NCBI GenBank assembly: GCA_965649765.1
Contig: OZ287750.1
Coordinates: 13,020,001 to 13,084,000, forward strand
Direction: 5' to 3'
Length of the DNA stretch: 64,000 nucleotides
Source: Bispira polyomma
Lineage: Eukaryota
A program made the position numbers and the translations under genes. Below, one piece after another: positions 25,701 to 35,759 of this stretch. The notes beneath the pieces were generated by a model. That model was not told where the DNA came from. It did no database searches and saw only the letters and a list, made by a program, of their open reading frames with translations. Position 1 is the stretch's first letter. Each line of letters starts with the position of its first letter.

Positions 25701-27992
25701 TCCTCCAGTTCTCCCAAGATGTGCTTTCATAGCCAACCACCCACGGAAGTTTTGAACATGTTCACAATTTACTGGCTCTGCCTCCCGTTTATGCCCAGTT
25801 TAAGCCCAGTTGTCAGACGTTTGTCCAAGACCACACACGTTCTAAGAACGGGTCTTGAACAACGACGAGAATGTGGACAGTGTAAATGCCATTTTTATGC
25901 CATAGAAAGCCACCCAAACCTATAAGTATTTAATGGTGTAACCTTCTGCTCCTGGCCTACTAAATTCTTTTTCTTTTTCTTCAGTCGGCCAGTACCTTGG
26001 ATACAGAGGAAAAAGCTGAAGTAGAAGATAATAATGAGGAGAATGACGATGAAACCTTAGACAAAGAGAAAGACTCAGATGCCATTCCTCAAGTAGAAAC
26101 ACCCGCAGAGGTAAAACTAGGAAATACTAGATGGATCTCCTGATATATTTACAGTGGACCATGGTGGCTTACTGGTTAAAAGGCCCTGCTTCATAATTAC
26201 TGGCCTCTCACCAATGTGGGTTCGAATCCCACTTGTTCCTTCATGTGTTCCTTCATGTGGGAAAGGTACTTGCCGCTAATTGGTGGTTTAGTGTGTGCAC
26301 TGGTTTCTTCTACCATTGAATTTTTTTGCCATTTTGATAGGACCCAAGCTGTTAAAAAGCAACACAGAAACCAACTAAATTCAAATTCTGGTATATTTAG
26401 AAGATGATCACAGCAAATAAAAGGATATGTAGTACAAGCTACAGAGGGAGGTTGACAGTTATGGGTCATTGAACATCACAATTGTATAGTTGCCCATTGA
26501 ACTGAATTTCATTAACACAGTTAAAAATTAAGACAAAGAGTAGAACCTCCATCATCCAAACTTCTATTATTTAAATTTTCAATTTTATGAACTCATTTAA
26601 ACTCTCCCATTTTCTTATTGTTTTACACAGAAATACCTCTTCTAGTTTATGAGCCTTCTATTATACAATTAAAATCTTACTCTCCTAACATGTTTGGATT
26701 AGAGAGATTCTACTTCACTTTGTTAAAATAAAACTACAGCAGCTTTTACTAATTTTCAACTTTAAAGTGGTAAAGTATGTACAGAAGTACATGTTATCAG
26801 GTTTATGCAACACTACTGTCCACCACAGCAATGTTTTTGAAGGAAGAGTTTATAAAATCCCTGAAGATTGTTACTTTAATAAAAAAAAAAACGGTCCTAT
26901 AAAGATTGTATGAAACAACTGACCGCGACAAGTAACCATATTTTCAAATCCGTGGAAGATCTTTTGTCTTTCTTAATATAGTGTAACAAACTAGCAATTC
27001 CAGTTAATCTTATTTCAACAATTTGGCGCTTTGTAAATGTTTTCATTATCAGGTGGTATAAGCTTTTTGATAGAGATGGGAAGTGGCCTTTTATATAGAG
27101 GCAGAATATTATTAAACATTTATAATAATGAAATTGTGGTCTTTATATAGAGGTAGTCTCTCAAGCAGGTTTGACTGTAGTATGTTTTTTCAATTTTGTC
27201 AAAAATTTTAGAAAATCTTTTCTGTGTATTTTGTCAGGAGGTTGTTGTTTCCAAAGATCAGCTGAAGCAGTTGGCAGAAAAGTTAAGTAAAGACTGGAAG
27301 AGACTGGCTGTCGAGTTCTCATTTAATGACGATGACGTGGCATACATAGAAAGTGAGACTACCGAGGTCACTCAGCAAGCAGAAAACATGCTCACACTCT
27401 GGCTGGTTAGTCTCCCCTTTGTTTGGGAATGATTCTAGAATTCAGTGAACATAGGCGGGTGGCCCATTCCTGCGTCTGCATTGTGTTTCAGGCAAAACAG
27501 AAACTTTGAGATACTGCTTGAAATTCTGGTAATAACCAATGTAATTGTATTGTAATTTGGATTTTTAACGCGCCTTATTGATGCGAGGCATCTTCTGAAA
27601 TGCAACAACAGAATCAGTTAAACCAATAGAGAAGTCCAAAACCATATTGGACGTAAACAGTAGGGATTCCTTATTCAATGAATCTAAATTTTAGACCTTT
27701 CTTTGTTATTACTCCATCTTCCTTCCATTTAAAAGATTGAATACAACAGAACCGCTATAATCTATGCATGTTTGTGGAGCAAGATTTTAATTGGATAATG
27801 GTAAAATTTCCTGTATAACAATCTAAAATTATGAATTTTAAAAAATGAAAATGTTAAGCTTCTTCTTTCCTTTTTTAATCACAGGAGAATGAAAGTGAGA
27901 AAGCAACTGTACAATCCTTGAGAACATCTTTACAAGAAGTTGGTCTAGTCAGCATATCAGTCGATGTATTTGGGAATTTACAAGAGAACTGA
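4693..27992 (+). CDS. THOC1: THO complex subunit 1 (Hpr1/p84N5), complete gene, 20 coding exons, 666 aa with C-terminal death domain
   Basis: join(4693-4737,9804-9874,10889-10949,11366-11432,11993-12111,12501-12549,12801-12870,13211-13322,14069-14130,15570-15678,16398-16529,16841-16941,17793-17910,19118-19218,20344-20475,20827-20910,21799-21964,25985-26110,27238-27405,27885-27992) = 2001 nt. All introns are GT-AG and phases are consistent. Peptides AGKNYLLRMCNDLLRRLSKSQ, FCGRIQLFLARLFPLSEKSGLN, IDYNLYRKFW.LQDYFR and EENWN.WKNEGCPS match THOC1. Confidence 0.96.
4933..5465. mobile_element. MITE / non-autonomous DNA transposon in THOC1 intron 1
   Basis: TIR ATAAGCCAGTTCGTAG (4933-4948) and CTACGAATTGGCTTAT (5450-5465), with weaker complementarity continuing inward. 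No ORF. Confidence 0.7.
6110..6910 (+). mobile_element. CR1/L2-group LINE RT fragment, strongly decayed
   Basis: Recognisable remnants: VPHGSV, DKTEFIVF, SFFPINILGN, ANALVSNRIDYC. Confidence 0.75.
7373..8422 (+). mobile_element. Helentron-associated (HINE/DINE-like) non-autonomous element with four 156-bp internal repeats
   Basis: Subterminal inverted repeat TGTCCCCTG (7380-7388) / CAGGGGACG (8389-8397), GTCC-type microsatellite near the 5' end, repeat anchors at 7477/7633/7789/7945, and a ...TTCTTGT end in T-rich sequence. Second copy at 22785-23325. Confidence 0.7.
9804..9874 (+). CDS. THOC1: THOC1 exon 2
   Basis: ttttcag|ESILKCLPEDIGEIAGCYGNYPG(S)|gtaaca. Confidence 0.8.
10120..10299. 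mobile_element. Tc1/mariner-type MITE
   Basis: TA|CAGTAGACTCT ... AGAGTCTAATG|TA. Confidence 0.55.
10889..10949 (+). CDS. THOC1: THOC1 exon 3
   Basis: ttttcag|ESEKKTTVDQAFKDVLKSMV|gtaagt. Confidence 0.92.
11366..11432 (+). CDS. THOC1: THOC1 exon 4
   Basis: ttgcag|DEGKSTNDYIAIVYLAVFSVEH|gtaact. Confidence 0.85.
11993..12111 (+). CDS. THOC1: THOC1 exon 5
   Basis: tttctag|LSSASLPFVMLSDLFDTITIDQCEVVFRFVESRVDTWKS|gtatgt. Confidence 0.93.
12501..12549 (+). CDS. THOC1: THOC1 exon 6
   Basis: tttag|DIFYNAGKNYLLRMCN|gtaaga. Confidence 0.95.
12801..12870 (+). CDS. THOC1: THOC1 exon 7
   Basis: ttacag|LLRRLSKSQHTIFCGRIQLFLA|gtaagg. Confidence 0.95.
13211..13322 (+). CDS. THOC1: THOC1 exon 8
   Basis: ttctag|LFPLSEKSGLNLMSQFNLENITTYTTKSEDYDKARKL|gtaaga. 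Confidence 0.95.
13435..13820 (-). mobile_element. CR1/L2-group LINE 3' fragment
   Basis: RAFSISAPMLWNSLPLELR...FKRKLKNYLF, plus the same 3' UTR as the 3240-4012 copy. Confidence 0.85.
14069..14130 (+). CDS. THOC1: THOC1 exon 9
   Basis: tgtag|SETERDDTGDIEEGEMDELI|gtaagt (conserved D.EEGEM). Confidence 0.88.
14160..14980. repeat. Intronic minisatellite, 36/38-bp unit, about 22 copies
   Basis: Consensus GTAAGTAAGTAAAACTG(TG)GAGTTTGTACAACATTCAG. Starts about 30 bp after the THOC1 exon 9 donor. Confidence 0.95.
15570..15678 (+). CDS. THOC1: THOC1 exon 10
   Basis: tttcag|SIPIDYNLYRKFWALQDYFRKPQQCYDKVSWKTFTN|gtaagt. Confidence 0.95.
16398..16529 (+). CDS. THOC1: THOC1 exon 11
   Basis: ttgtag|YSDEVLGCFESFKLDD...FFSKYLTSEK|gtaaaa. 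Confidence 0.95.
16841..16941 (+). CDS. THOC1: THOC1 exon 12
   Basis: ttttag|LLDLQLSDGHFRRYVLVQFLILFQYLNAQVKFK|gtaagt. Confidence 0.95.
17793..17910 (+). CDS. THOC1: THOC1 exon 13
   Basis: ttttag|ANQILADDQSPWMKETQDKVYKILKETPPDGEKFFETIE|gtaaca. Confidence 0.94.
17895..18225. repeat. Three ~116-127 bp tandem copies that include the THOC1 exon 13 donor
   Basis: AAACCATAGAG|GTAACACACACACACCTTGTGG recurs, with GT at 17911, 18027 and 18154. Confidence 0.85.
19118..19218 (+). CDS. THOC1: THOC1 exon 14
   Basis: tttaaag|HILTREENWNTWKNEGCPSYVRTAMETQVKMPQ|gttagt. Confidence 0.93.
19480..19935 (+). mobile_element. SINE family B head (19480-19620) abutting a CR1/L2 LINE 3' fragment (19620-19935)
   Basis: GGTCTCCCATAGCCTAGTGG...CCGGTTTGACTCC (A/B-box-like), then AAP.IRNSLPVDLRS...FKVKLK and the shared LINE 3' UTR. 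Confidence 0.65.
20344..20475 (+). CDS. THOC1: THOC1 exon 15
   Basis: ggtag|AQKRSLGDDLKTSQGKLIKMGNAELTHLWNLSSDNMSACRDPK|gtaggc. Confidence 0.92.
20827..20910 (+). CDS. THOC1: THOC1 exon 16
   Basis: ttgtag|NFLPQLETYFENAMEQNDPEAMVEDEY|gtatgt. Confidence 0.94.
21799..21964 (+). CDS. THOC1: THOC1 exon 17
   Basis: caaaag|LVNNTTFAWKSLRLLARRCPHFF...KIAKELP|gtgagt. Confidence 0.94.
22785..23325 (+). mobile_element. Second, 5'-truncated copy of the Helentron-associated element (two 156-bp units plus 3' end)
   Basis: Direct similarity to 7580-8422, including CAGGGGACAC...CATTCATCTGATTTCTTGT. Confidence 0.75.
23523..23793. mobile_element. Hairpin MITE with ~100-bp inverted arms
   Basis: ATAATAACCCTATCTTCATATTTT...TTTCTGGCTGATATACTCCA pairs with TGGAGTATATCAGCCAGAAA...AAGTATGAAGTTAGGGTCATTAT. 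A solo arm fragment lies at ~22110-22162. Confidence 0.7.
24141..24401 (+). mobile_element. tRNA-derived SINE, family A (full length)
   Basis: GGGGCCCCGGTGGCCTAGTGGTTAG head, (TTCAAA)n tail, and perfect 11-bp TSD GTGACGTCATA (24130-24140 / 24402-24412). Confidence 0.93.
25329..25891. mobile_element. MITE, Harbinger-like termini
   Basis: TIR TGGCATTCACACTGTCCA / TGGACAGTGTAAATGCCA; internal CCCCGTTTATGCC repeats. No clear TSD. Confidence 0.65.
25985..26110 (+). CDS. THOC1: THOC1 exon 18 (acidic linker)
   Basis: Long polypyrimidine tract, then cag|SASTLDTEEKAEVEDNNEENDDETLDKEKDSDAIPQVETPAE|gtaaaa. Confidence 0.87.
26155..26390 (+). mobile_element. Degenerate SINE related to family A
   Basis: GGTGGCTTACTGGTTA...GGTTCGAATCCC...ATGTGGGAAAGGT...AAATTCAAATTC tail. 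Further fragments at ~28420-28650 (-) and ~51392-51480 (+). Confidence 0.6.
27238..27405 (+). CDS. THOC1: THOC1 exon 19 (death domain)
   Basis: gtcag|EVVVSKDQLKQLAEKLSKDWKRLA...AENMLTLWL|gttagt. Confidence 0.92.
27885..27992 (+). CDS. THOC1: THOC1 exon 20 (last coding exon)
   Basis: cacag|ENESEKATVQSLRTSLQEVGLVSISVDVFGNLQEN*. Confidence 0.9.
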   Translation, partial: ENESEKATVQSLRTSLQEVGLVSISVDVFGNLQEN

Positions 27993-28170
27993 GATACCAC
28001 GGATCTATGATAGTTCATCCACGTTTATTCATCAGTTTCCACCAGATCACTCTACTTCTCTAAAACTTGTATTTCTCTGAAACTTGCCGTCAACGATATT
28101 GTCTGAAGTTACATAGTAAATCATTCTTAAGTACAATATCAACATATTTTACGTCTTTGATATAGCCTGT

Positions 28171-28219
28171 AATAAAAACTTGATTCAAAAATATGCAATG
28201 GTAAATGTTTGAGAATAAA
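28171..28219 (+). terminator. Candidate THOC1 polyadenylation signals
   Basis: AATAAA at 28171-28176 and 28214-28219, about 180-225 nt after the stop codon. Confidence 0.5.
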
Positions 28220-30443
28220 ACTATATGTAGAGATTGTTTCCATTAGTAATGGACCATTATAAAATAGAATTTTGTTCTATTATATGAGCTCATTCTATCA
28301 TGTACAAGTTATGATTTTGTACAAGTTGTAACTGGTAAGGCTGAGTTGTACAAGTTGTCACTTGTACTAAACCTGATTGAAAATCCTCTGTAAAAATTAT
28401 AACCTGTCCAAAACCTGATGCACTGTAAACCACCGACCTAAATGACAAACTTTCCCACATAAAGGAACAAACTGATTCAAACTCGCATTGGTGGAAGGCT
28501 AGTGATTGTCACTTCTCACCACTAGGCAACCGCAGTCCCCTCAATGCTGCAATGAAACATAATTCTGTACATGTCTGTTATCCAGATTACATTGGTGAGA
28601 GGCTAGTGATTGTGCAGCAGGCACTTCTAACCACTAGCTTGCCGCAGCCCATCAGTGTTGCATTGAAACATAATTATGTACATTGCTGTTATCCAGATTA
28701 AGTTTACTGTAAGGTAATTAATCTGCACATTCAATAATGTGATACAAAACGAAAGATGTATTTTTAAAACTTTTTTTTAAAAAAATAATAAAATTTACCT
28801 TTCCAGTTCGTCAACTTAATTACCTGCACTCTCCAGGTAGCTTCATTTTGGGTTATTTAAATGAAAACCAATGGAGTCTCCTTATAAAACTTGGTCATGT
28901 GGCTTTATCATTATCACCACTCTTGGTTTTGTTGGAAACAAATAAATTTGTGGTTTTCGTTTACGAAAATGAAAACTAATGACAATATCCCCACTAAACT
29001 TTGTGTGTGACTTTGCCATGATAGTAGCTTCTTTGGAACTGCGGTTGGATGTCTTGCCATGGCAAACAAATGAAATTGGGATTTTCAGTAAATTAATGGA
29101 AAACTATTGAAGATCTCACCAAACTTGGTGTGTGGCATTGCCTTGGTATTTCTTTAGCCGCTCCCTTTCTTGGCATAAATTTAAAGATCTGCTTACAAAA
29201 GTTAATATCAGCTTGTCATGAAAGCAGCTCACTGGTACTTACTTTTGGTGTTGCCCCTTGGGGTTCTGTTGCCATGGAATCGTATAGTGTGGGTTTGTCA
29301 TAACAGTAGCTCACTTGGACAGTTTTAAAAGTTGTTCCTTTCACTTCTGTTGGTTTGGTTAGGAAAAAATAATAGATATATTCAGCGATGTTCCATTTTT
29401 AACTTCAAGTAGGTCAAGATGGCCTAAGTGACCTTAAAGGTAACCTGTGTTAATATATTAAATGGTCAAACCCAAGTGTTGATCTTGTTATCTGGGTTGT
29501 TACTGTGCAATTAAAAATTATTATCCAAGCTTGATCTCAGATAAAATTGCAAGAGGAAGTTAAATTTGGTACAAATATTGAGAGATTAGTTGTGCATGTG
29601 ACCTTAGTTTGACTTTGTTTTTGTGACCTGGACCTTAAATATCTTTTGGGGGTTTTCTGAAGCACCTGTCCCTTGATTAGGGTAATATTTGATTAAAATA
29701 TTCCTTAGCTGCCCTAGATTTTTCACATTTTAGCCTGACCGCTTAATCTTTTGACCTTTATTTAAAATATGTCGTAAACAGCTTTTGCAGAAAGTCTCTC
29801 TTTGATGCAGATATTTTGTAGGATGTGAAGTGAACAAAGTGTTGGAAGAGTATCCCCATTTAACATCAATAAGATAACATAATTTAGCAAGATTGACAAA
29901 AATGCCGGAACAAATAAAATTATTTATTTTATAAGCTATATCGGAGTGATTTTCCATCACAATTTTTTGGCTAATTGATATTTTACAAAAGCATGGCTAT
30001 TTCTTACTCCTAGTGTTTTATTGTATTGTATTTTGAATTATTTTTACCGTGTTTATTGAAGCTAGGCATCACCTAAAGTTCAACAACAGAGTCGGTAAAC
30101 CAGTAGAGAAGTCCAAAAACATAGCCACGGTTATAAGGAAGGAAGTGGGGTGTTTAAGGAGGAAACTATGGGGGTAGGAGATAGGTTTTAGGCATTTTTC
30201 TAAACCCTGATAGTGTTTCAAATTATCTCAGCTCAACTGGGAGACCATTCCATTATATAGGGGGCAGCAGTAGAGAAAGCTCTTGATCCAGGCGTGTCAA
30301 AGAAGTTAAAGAATAATATTGAAGAAGTGTTGTCTGTTTGTCTAATGTATGTTGTCCAAACTATATCATGGTTTTGGTGTCTGGATGAGCGAGCAGAAAC
30401 TAAAGCATGGCTCTATATCTAATAAAACCTTGCCAAGACTATA

Positions 30444-30624
30444 CAGTAAAACCTCTTATTACCCAAAGATGTCAGTTTTTTCTTGTTGGGTAATAGAAGG
30501 TTCAAACATTAGAAATGACTTTTTAATACGAGAACAATAGGAAAATGTAAATTTGGGAGAGTGAGATTTGTTCATAAAATTAAATATTCTAATAATAGAA
30601 TTTTGTTTATTATAGGTTCTACTG
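30444..30624. mobile_element. Tc1/mariner-type MITE (related copies at 26539-26714 and 13830-13913)
   Basis: TA|CAGTAAAACCT ... AGGTTCTACTG|TA; shared internal AATTTGGGAGA.TGA.ATT motif with the other copies. Confidence 0.6.
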
Positions 30625-31221
30625 TATATCTGCTATTTCTGGGTTCTATAAATAATGCATTCTCTGTCTCAGTAGACCGTCTTTGACAGGCATGTACGGT
30701 CAGGTCTTTTTTTGTAAAGACATCAAGCAGGACTGTCAGGCATTATACACAGAGAATTTGGCTGGCATTGAAATTATGGGATTTATGTTACATGCTGTTT
30801 CCACACCAGGGGTCGTTTTGAAACGGCAACTCTATTCAAAAAGTAAAGTTTTAACTGAAATATACTTGAGTTGATAGCATTCTCAATGTCATTTAAAGTG
30901 AAATAAAAGCAACAAACTAGCTAAACATTGAATGTTAGTGTAGAGTAGTTAGATTTTAGGTATATACTTTTTGAAGAATACAGTCACATTTAATAAGTAA
31001 AGTCACTGGTATTGAACTTTTTGTTTGTTGTTATGTTCTTACAAATTTTGATAAAATCATCCATACATCCTTTATTAATTTGATGCATCATATATAAAAC
31101 AAATAACAATGCATGTAATTAAATTGAAATATGTACTGTTTAAACTACATAATCCTATTTAAAAAAATTAAATAATTTTTTAATAAAACTGACCCATTCC
31201 ATTGGTCATACTATATGATAG

Positions 31222-31941
31222 ATTTTTAACACGCCTCATCTAAGGAGCAACATCTTTGACAAAGTTGTTAAAATCGTAGTCCGTTTCCTGTGCATATTCG
31301 TGATCAGGGGAAGACATGGAGAAGAAGGAAATCTATAGAGGGTAAGCAAGGGTGAAGAGATTGGTCATAAGGTTACTTCTAAAGCCAGAGAGGGTTTCTT
31401 AAGATCTTATATTGGTTAGTAAATTATTTCATACGGTAGGTGCAACAACAGAAAAGACGTATGATTCCATCCGTAATTATTCCATCCAACTGGTTCTAGT
31501 ATCAGAGTCTGAAATTCTGTTTCCCTTTGTAGGCCTGGTGAGAGACAAAAATGAGGCAAGATACGAGGGCTGACAAAGGTTTACAGCTTTGTATGTGGTA
31601 ACATTGGTCTTGAAAATGATGCAGTACTTGACATGTAGCCAATGGAGCCTTTTGAGAAAAGGAGTCGTACTGACAAAAGATCCCACATTGCACACAACTC
31701 AGCAAAAGTAATTCTGGATTTACTATAACTTTTGCAGCTGGTACTTCTTTTTTCCAAAAAGCAAAGAATTGCAGGAGTCCAATCAACTGCTGAGGATCTA
31801 ATTATTTTGAGTTCGCGAATATAACGGTAGCAAGATCGACTTGTGTTAGAAAAATAATCTTCAACGGAAAAGAGGGAGTAAAAAGTGACACCCAAATTCC
31901 TTACTTTATCCGCTGAGAGTACGTTATTTCCAAGTAGGTTA
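31222..31941 (-). mobile_element. CR1/L2-group LINE, 3' part (continues at 49933-50240 beyond the Academ insertion)
   Basis: NLLGNNVLSADKVRNLGVTF, TTPFLKRLHWLHVKYCIIFK, and the shared 3' UTR at ~31225. Confidence 0.85.
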
Positions 31942-32779
31942 TAGTCCGCGGGCCAGATATGGTCCTCCTGTTCCCCCAACAACTTGACTTCACTATATTT
32001 TTCGAGACCCTTATCATGTCTGGAACATGAAATGGAAAGGTAACAGTGCATAAACTGGGATACACTGGGTTTTCTGATTGCAATTGGGGGTACCCTAGTC
32101 AAGGCCAGGCATCAACCAATATCAGCTGTATATCTTAGGCTATTTCAGTAATTTTTTTCCATAAGTTATCTATGTCCAATTCCAGCAAGTAAGATATCAC
32201 TGTAAGCTTGTTTATAGTGCAATTCTGAAAAAAAAATAAATAGAAGATGTCACTTTTTGCATTTAATGGCTAGATTATGTTATGTGACTATACCGTTCTT
32301 GTAAATATATCTCGCTAAAAGAAATGGTAAAAGTATAATTTTTGTTTGTTTTTTTTGTCACAAGTGCAGGGATATATTTGTTACAGCTAATTTCAGTGGC
32401 TTACCACATCTAGGATCTGTTTTTATTACGATAAATACACCTTACATTATCCTCACTTATGCTTTAAGTTAGTACACCCAAAATTTGGCCAAAAAATAAC
32501 TTGCTATTCTTGTGTTTTTTAATTTTAAATTTCCCCCAAACCTCACTGCGCATGATCCTGCGCACATTCCAATCCCAAGTCTTGTCCTCGAGAAACCCTT
32601 CACAATGAATTTGTAAACACCTTATTTGACTGGATTTTTTTTTGTAGTTGCGTTGGAAGTAGTTTTGTGTAATTATGGCAGAGAAACAAGTTTCTTCCAA
32701 AAGCAACTAGAGCGATGAAAGGATGAACCAAAAACCAAGACCCAACTAGCCCCGGGGCTGGATGGGTCTTCAGTTATGT

Positions 32780-34455
32780 GACCTGAACTTCAGTTATGTG
32801 ACCTAACCAGCCTCTACCCAGTGAGCCCCAATGATGAAGTTCAGCGCTAAGACATAACCAGCCCCTACCCAGTGAGCCCCTAGGCTGAAGTTCAGCGCTG
32901 AGACCTAACCAGCCCCTACCTAGTGAGCCCCTACCCAGTGAGCCCCTAGGCTGAAGTTCAGTGATGAACCAGCCACACTACCCAGTGAGCCCCTAGGATG
33001 AACTTCAGTGATGAGACCTAACCAGCCCCTACCCAGTGAGCCCCTAGGCTGAAGTTCAGCGCTGAGACCTAACCAGCCCCTACCTAGTGAGCCCCTACCC
33101 AGTGAGCCCCTAGACTGAAGTTCAGTGATGAACCAGCCACACTACCCAGTGAGCCCCTAGGATGAACTTCAGTGATGAGACCTAACCAGCCCCTACCCAG
33201 TGAGCCCATATGATGGTTCAGCGCTGAGACCTAACCAGCCCCTACCTAGTGAGCCCCTACCCAGTGAGCCCCTAGGCTGAAGTTCAGTGATGAACCAGCC
33301 ACACTACCCAGTGAGCCCCTAGGATGAACTTCAGTGATGAGACCTAACCAGCCCCTACCCAGTGAGCCCCTAGGCTGAAGTTCAGCGCTGAGACCTAACC
33401 AGCCTCTACCTAGTGAGCCCCTACCCAGTGAGCCCCTAGACTGAAGTTCAGTGATGAACCAGCCACACTACCCAGTGAGCCCCTAGGATGAACTTCAGTG
33501 ATGAGACCTAACCAGCCCCTACCCAGTGAGGCCCTTGGCTGAAGTTCAGCGCTGAGACCTAACCAGCCCCTACCCAGTGAGCCCCCAGGCTGAAGTTCAG
33601 TGATGAACCAGCCACACTACCCAGTAAGCCCTTACGATGAAGTTCAGCACTGAGACCTAACCAGCCCCTACCCAGTGAGCCCCTACCCAGTGAGCCTTAC
33701 GATGAACTTATTTGAATTATTTGGAACAAAGAAAATATACCCAGTAAGCCACTATGATGAAGTTCAGCGCTGATACCTAGCCAGCCCCTACCCAGTGAGC
33801 CCCTATTATGAAGTTCAGTGATGAACCAGCCATAGTACCCAGTGAGCCCCTAGGATGAACTTTAGTGATGAGACCTAACCAGCCCCTACCCAGTAAGCCC
33901 CTATAATGAAGTTCAGCGCTGAGACCTAACCAGCCCCTACCTAGTGAGCCCCTACCCAGTGAGCCCCTAGGCTGAAGTTCAGTGATGAACCAGCCACACT
34001 ACCCAGTGGGCCCCTAGGATGAACTTCAGTGATGAGACCTAACCAGCCCCTACCCAGTGAGCCCCTATGATGAAGTTCAGCGCTGATACCTAACCAGCAC
34101 CTACCCAGTGACCCCTACTCAGTAAACCCCTACCCAGTGAGCCCCTACCCAGTGATCTCCACGATGAACTTCATGATGAACTTCAGTGATGAACCAGCCA
34201 CACTACCCATTGAGCCCCTAGGATAAACTTTAGTGATAACTATCCAGTGAGCCCCTAGGCTGAACTTCAGGCTGAACCTCTAGGATGAAATTCAGTGATG
34301 AGACCTAACCAGCCCCGATCCAGTGAGCCCTTATGATGCACTTTAGTGATGAGACCTAACCAGCCCCTTCCCAGTGAGCCCCTAGGATGAACCTCAGTGA
34401 TGAGACCTAACCAGCCCCACTACCCAGTGAGCCTCTATAATGAAGTTCAGTGATG
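32780..34455 (+). repeat. GC-skewed satellite array (49-51 bp monomers, ~165-bp higher-order repeat)
   Basis: Monomer CTAACCAGCCCCTACCCAGTGAGCCCCTAGG(A/C)TGAA(C/G)TTCAG(T/C)G(A/C)TGAGAC. Higher-order anchors near 32914/33079/33241/33406. Confidence 0.95.
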
Positions 34456-34489
34456 TGGTCATGTCGCACATGCCCCTAAGGAATGGGTA

Positions 34490-34800
34490 AAACCTTTAAC
34501 CATTAGGCCATGGGAGACCGCACATGGAAATATTGAGCTTTATACCAGGGACTCTCTGATCACCAGGTTAAACCCTTAACAACTACAACAGGGGACACCA
34601 AACATGGATATAATGACAACTGAACCTGGCAACCTCTGAGTTGTTGTTAAAACCTTGACTACCAGACTATAGGAGACCACACATGGATATAATGAAAGTT
34701 GAACCAGGGACTCTGATGAACAGGTCGAACCCTTAACCACTAGACCATGGGAGGCCACAGATGGAAATATTGTTACTTGAACCAGAGACTCTTTGATACA
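34490..34800 (-). repeat. About four tandem ~80-bp copies of a tRNA-like SINE head
   Basis: Reverse-complement unit GG(T/C)CTCCCATGGTCTAGTGGTTAAGGG...CCCTGGTTCAACT; same head as the SINE at 19480. Confidence 0.6.
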
Positions 34801-35759
34801 AAAAAAGTTAAGCTCTTAACAAGAACCGATTATAGTGGCCTTGTGCATGGCCACATATCAGGGGAATTTCACTAGTTTTGATTTTTAAGATAAGCATTTA
34901 GTAAAATCGGTCATAAATCTCAGATGCGACAGAATAAACCAACAGATAGAAATGAAAAGATAACCTAGTACAGAATAAATAAAAATGTTACACAAGGAAA
35001 CTATGATCATAGCTATAGTTTATCATGAAAATAGACACCAAAACATGTATTGGTTCAACAACAGGTAACAGAAGTAAAACCAACCACTCTTATAATTTTA
35101 TTCTGAACAAATGAGTGCTGGTATTATAATTATTAACTACAGTCGAGTGACAATATAGCTGTGTCGGCAATTCTGATTGGCTGACAGCCTTGGTAAAATT
35201 ACCCGTATACCTATAAGCAGATATAGACAAAGTTCGCTTAAAGTGTACCGGATCCCCAGTAGATATACATGTAGTTCCTTTAAAACCATAATTTTGCAGT
35301 AAAAGCAGCTTGAATTAAAAATATTAATTTAATTCATCATGTTAGAACAGGAATTTTTCGTCTTTGTGTTACTATGCCTCCAATCATGGTAAAAATTGCC
35401 GTATACCGAGCTTTGTCATTGGTTATTCCTATAATTGAAGATCTTTCAGACTTTAACATACAATGTCATTATCAATATTAACATTATGTCACTGTGGATA
35501 TTTTACATTTGCTAATATTATATTAACACTGTATTTGTACATTCATACTATTTTAACTGTAACCTATCTGTTAAGCCACAAGTGGCTGGCTGGGTCTAAC
35601 ATTTTAATAATTGCATTATGTGTTTATATTTACAAGGTGAGAGTATAATAAAAATCTATCTATCAGTCCGCAAATTACTAACTTTTCATTCCATAAATAT
35701 AACCACAGTAACTCTACGCAATCTACCCCTTATCAATATAAGTGAAATTTACATTATAC

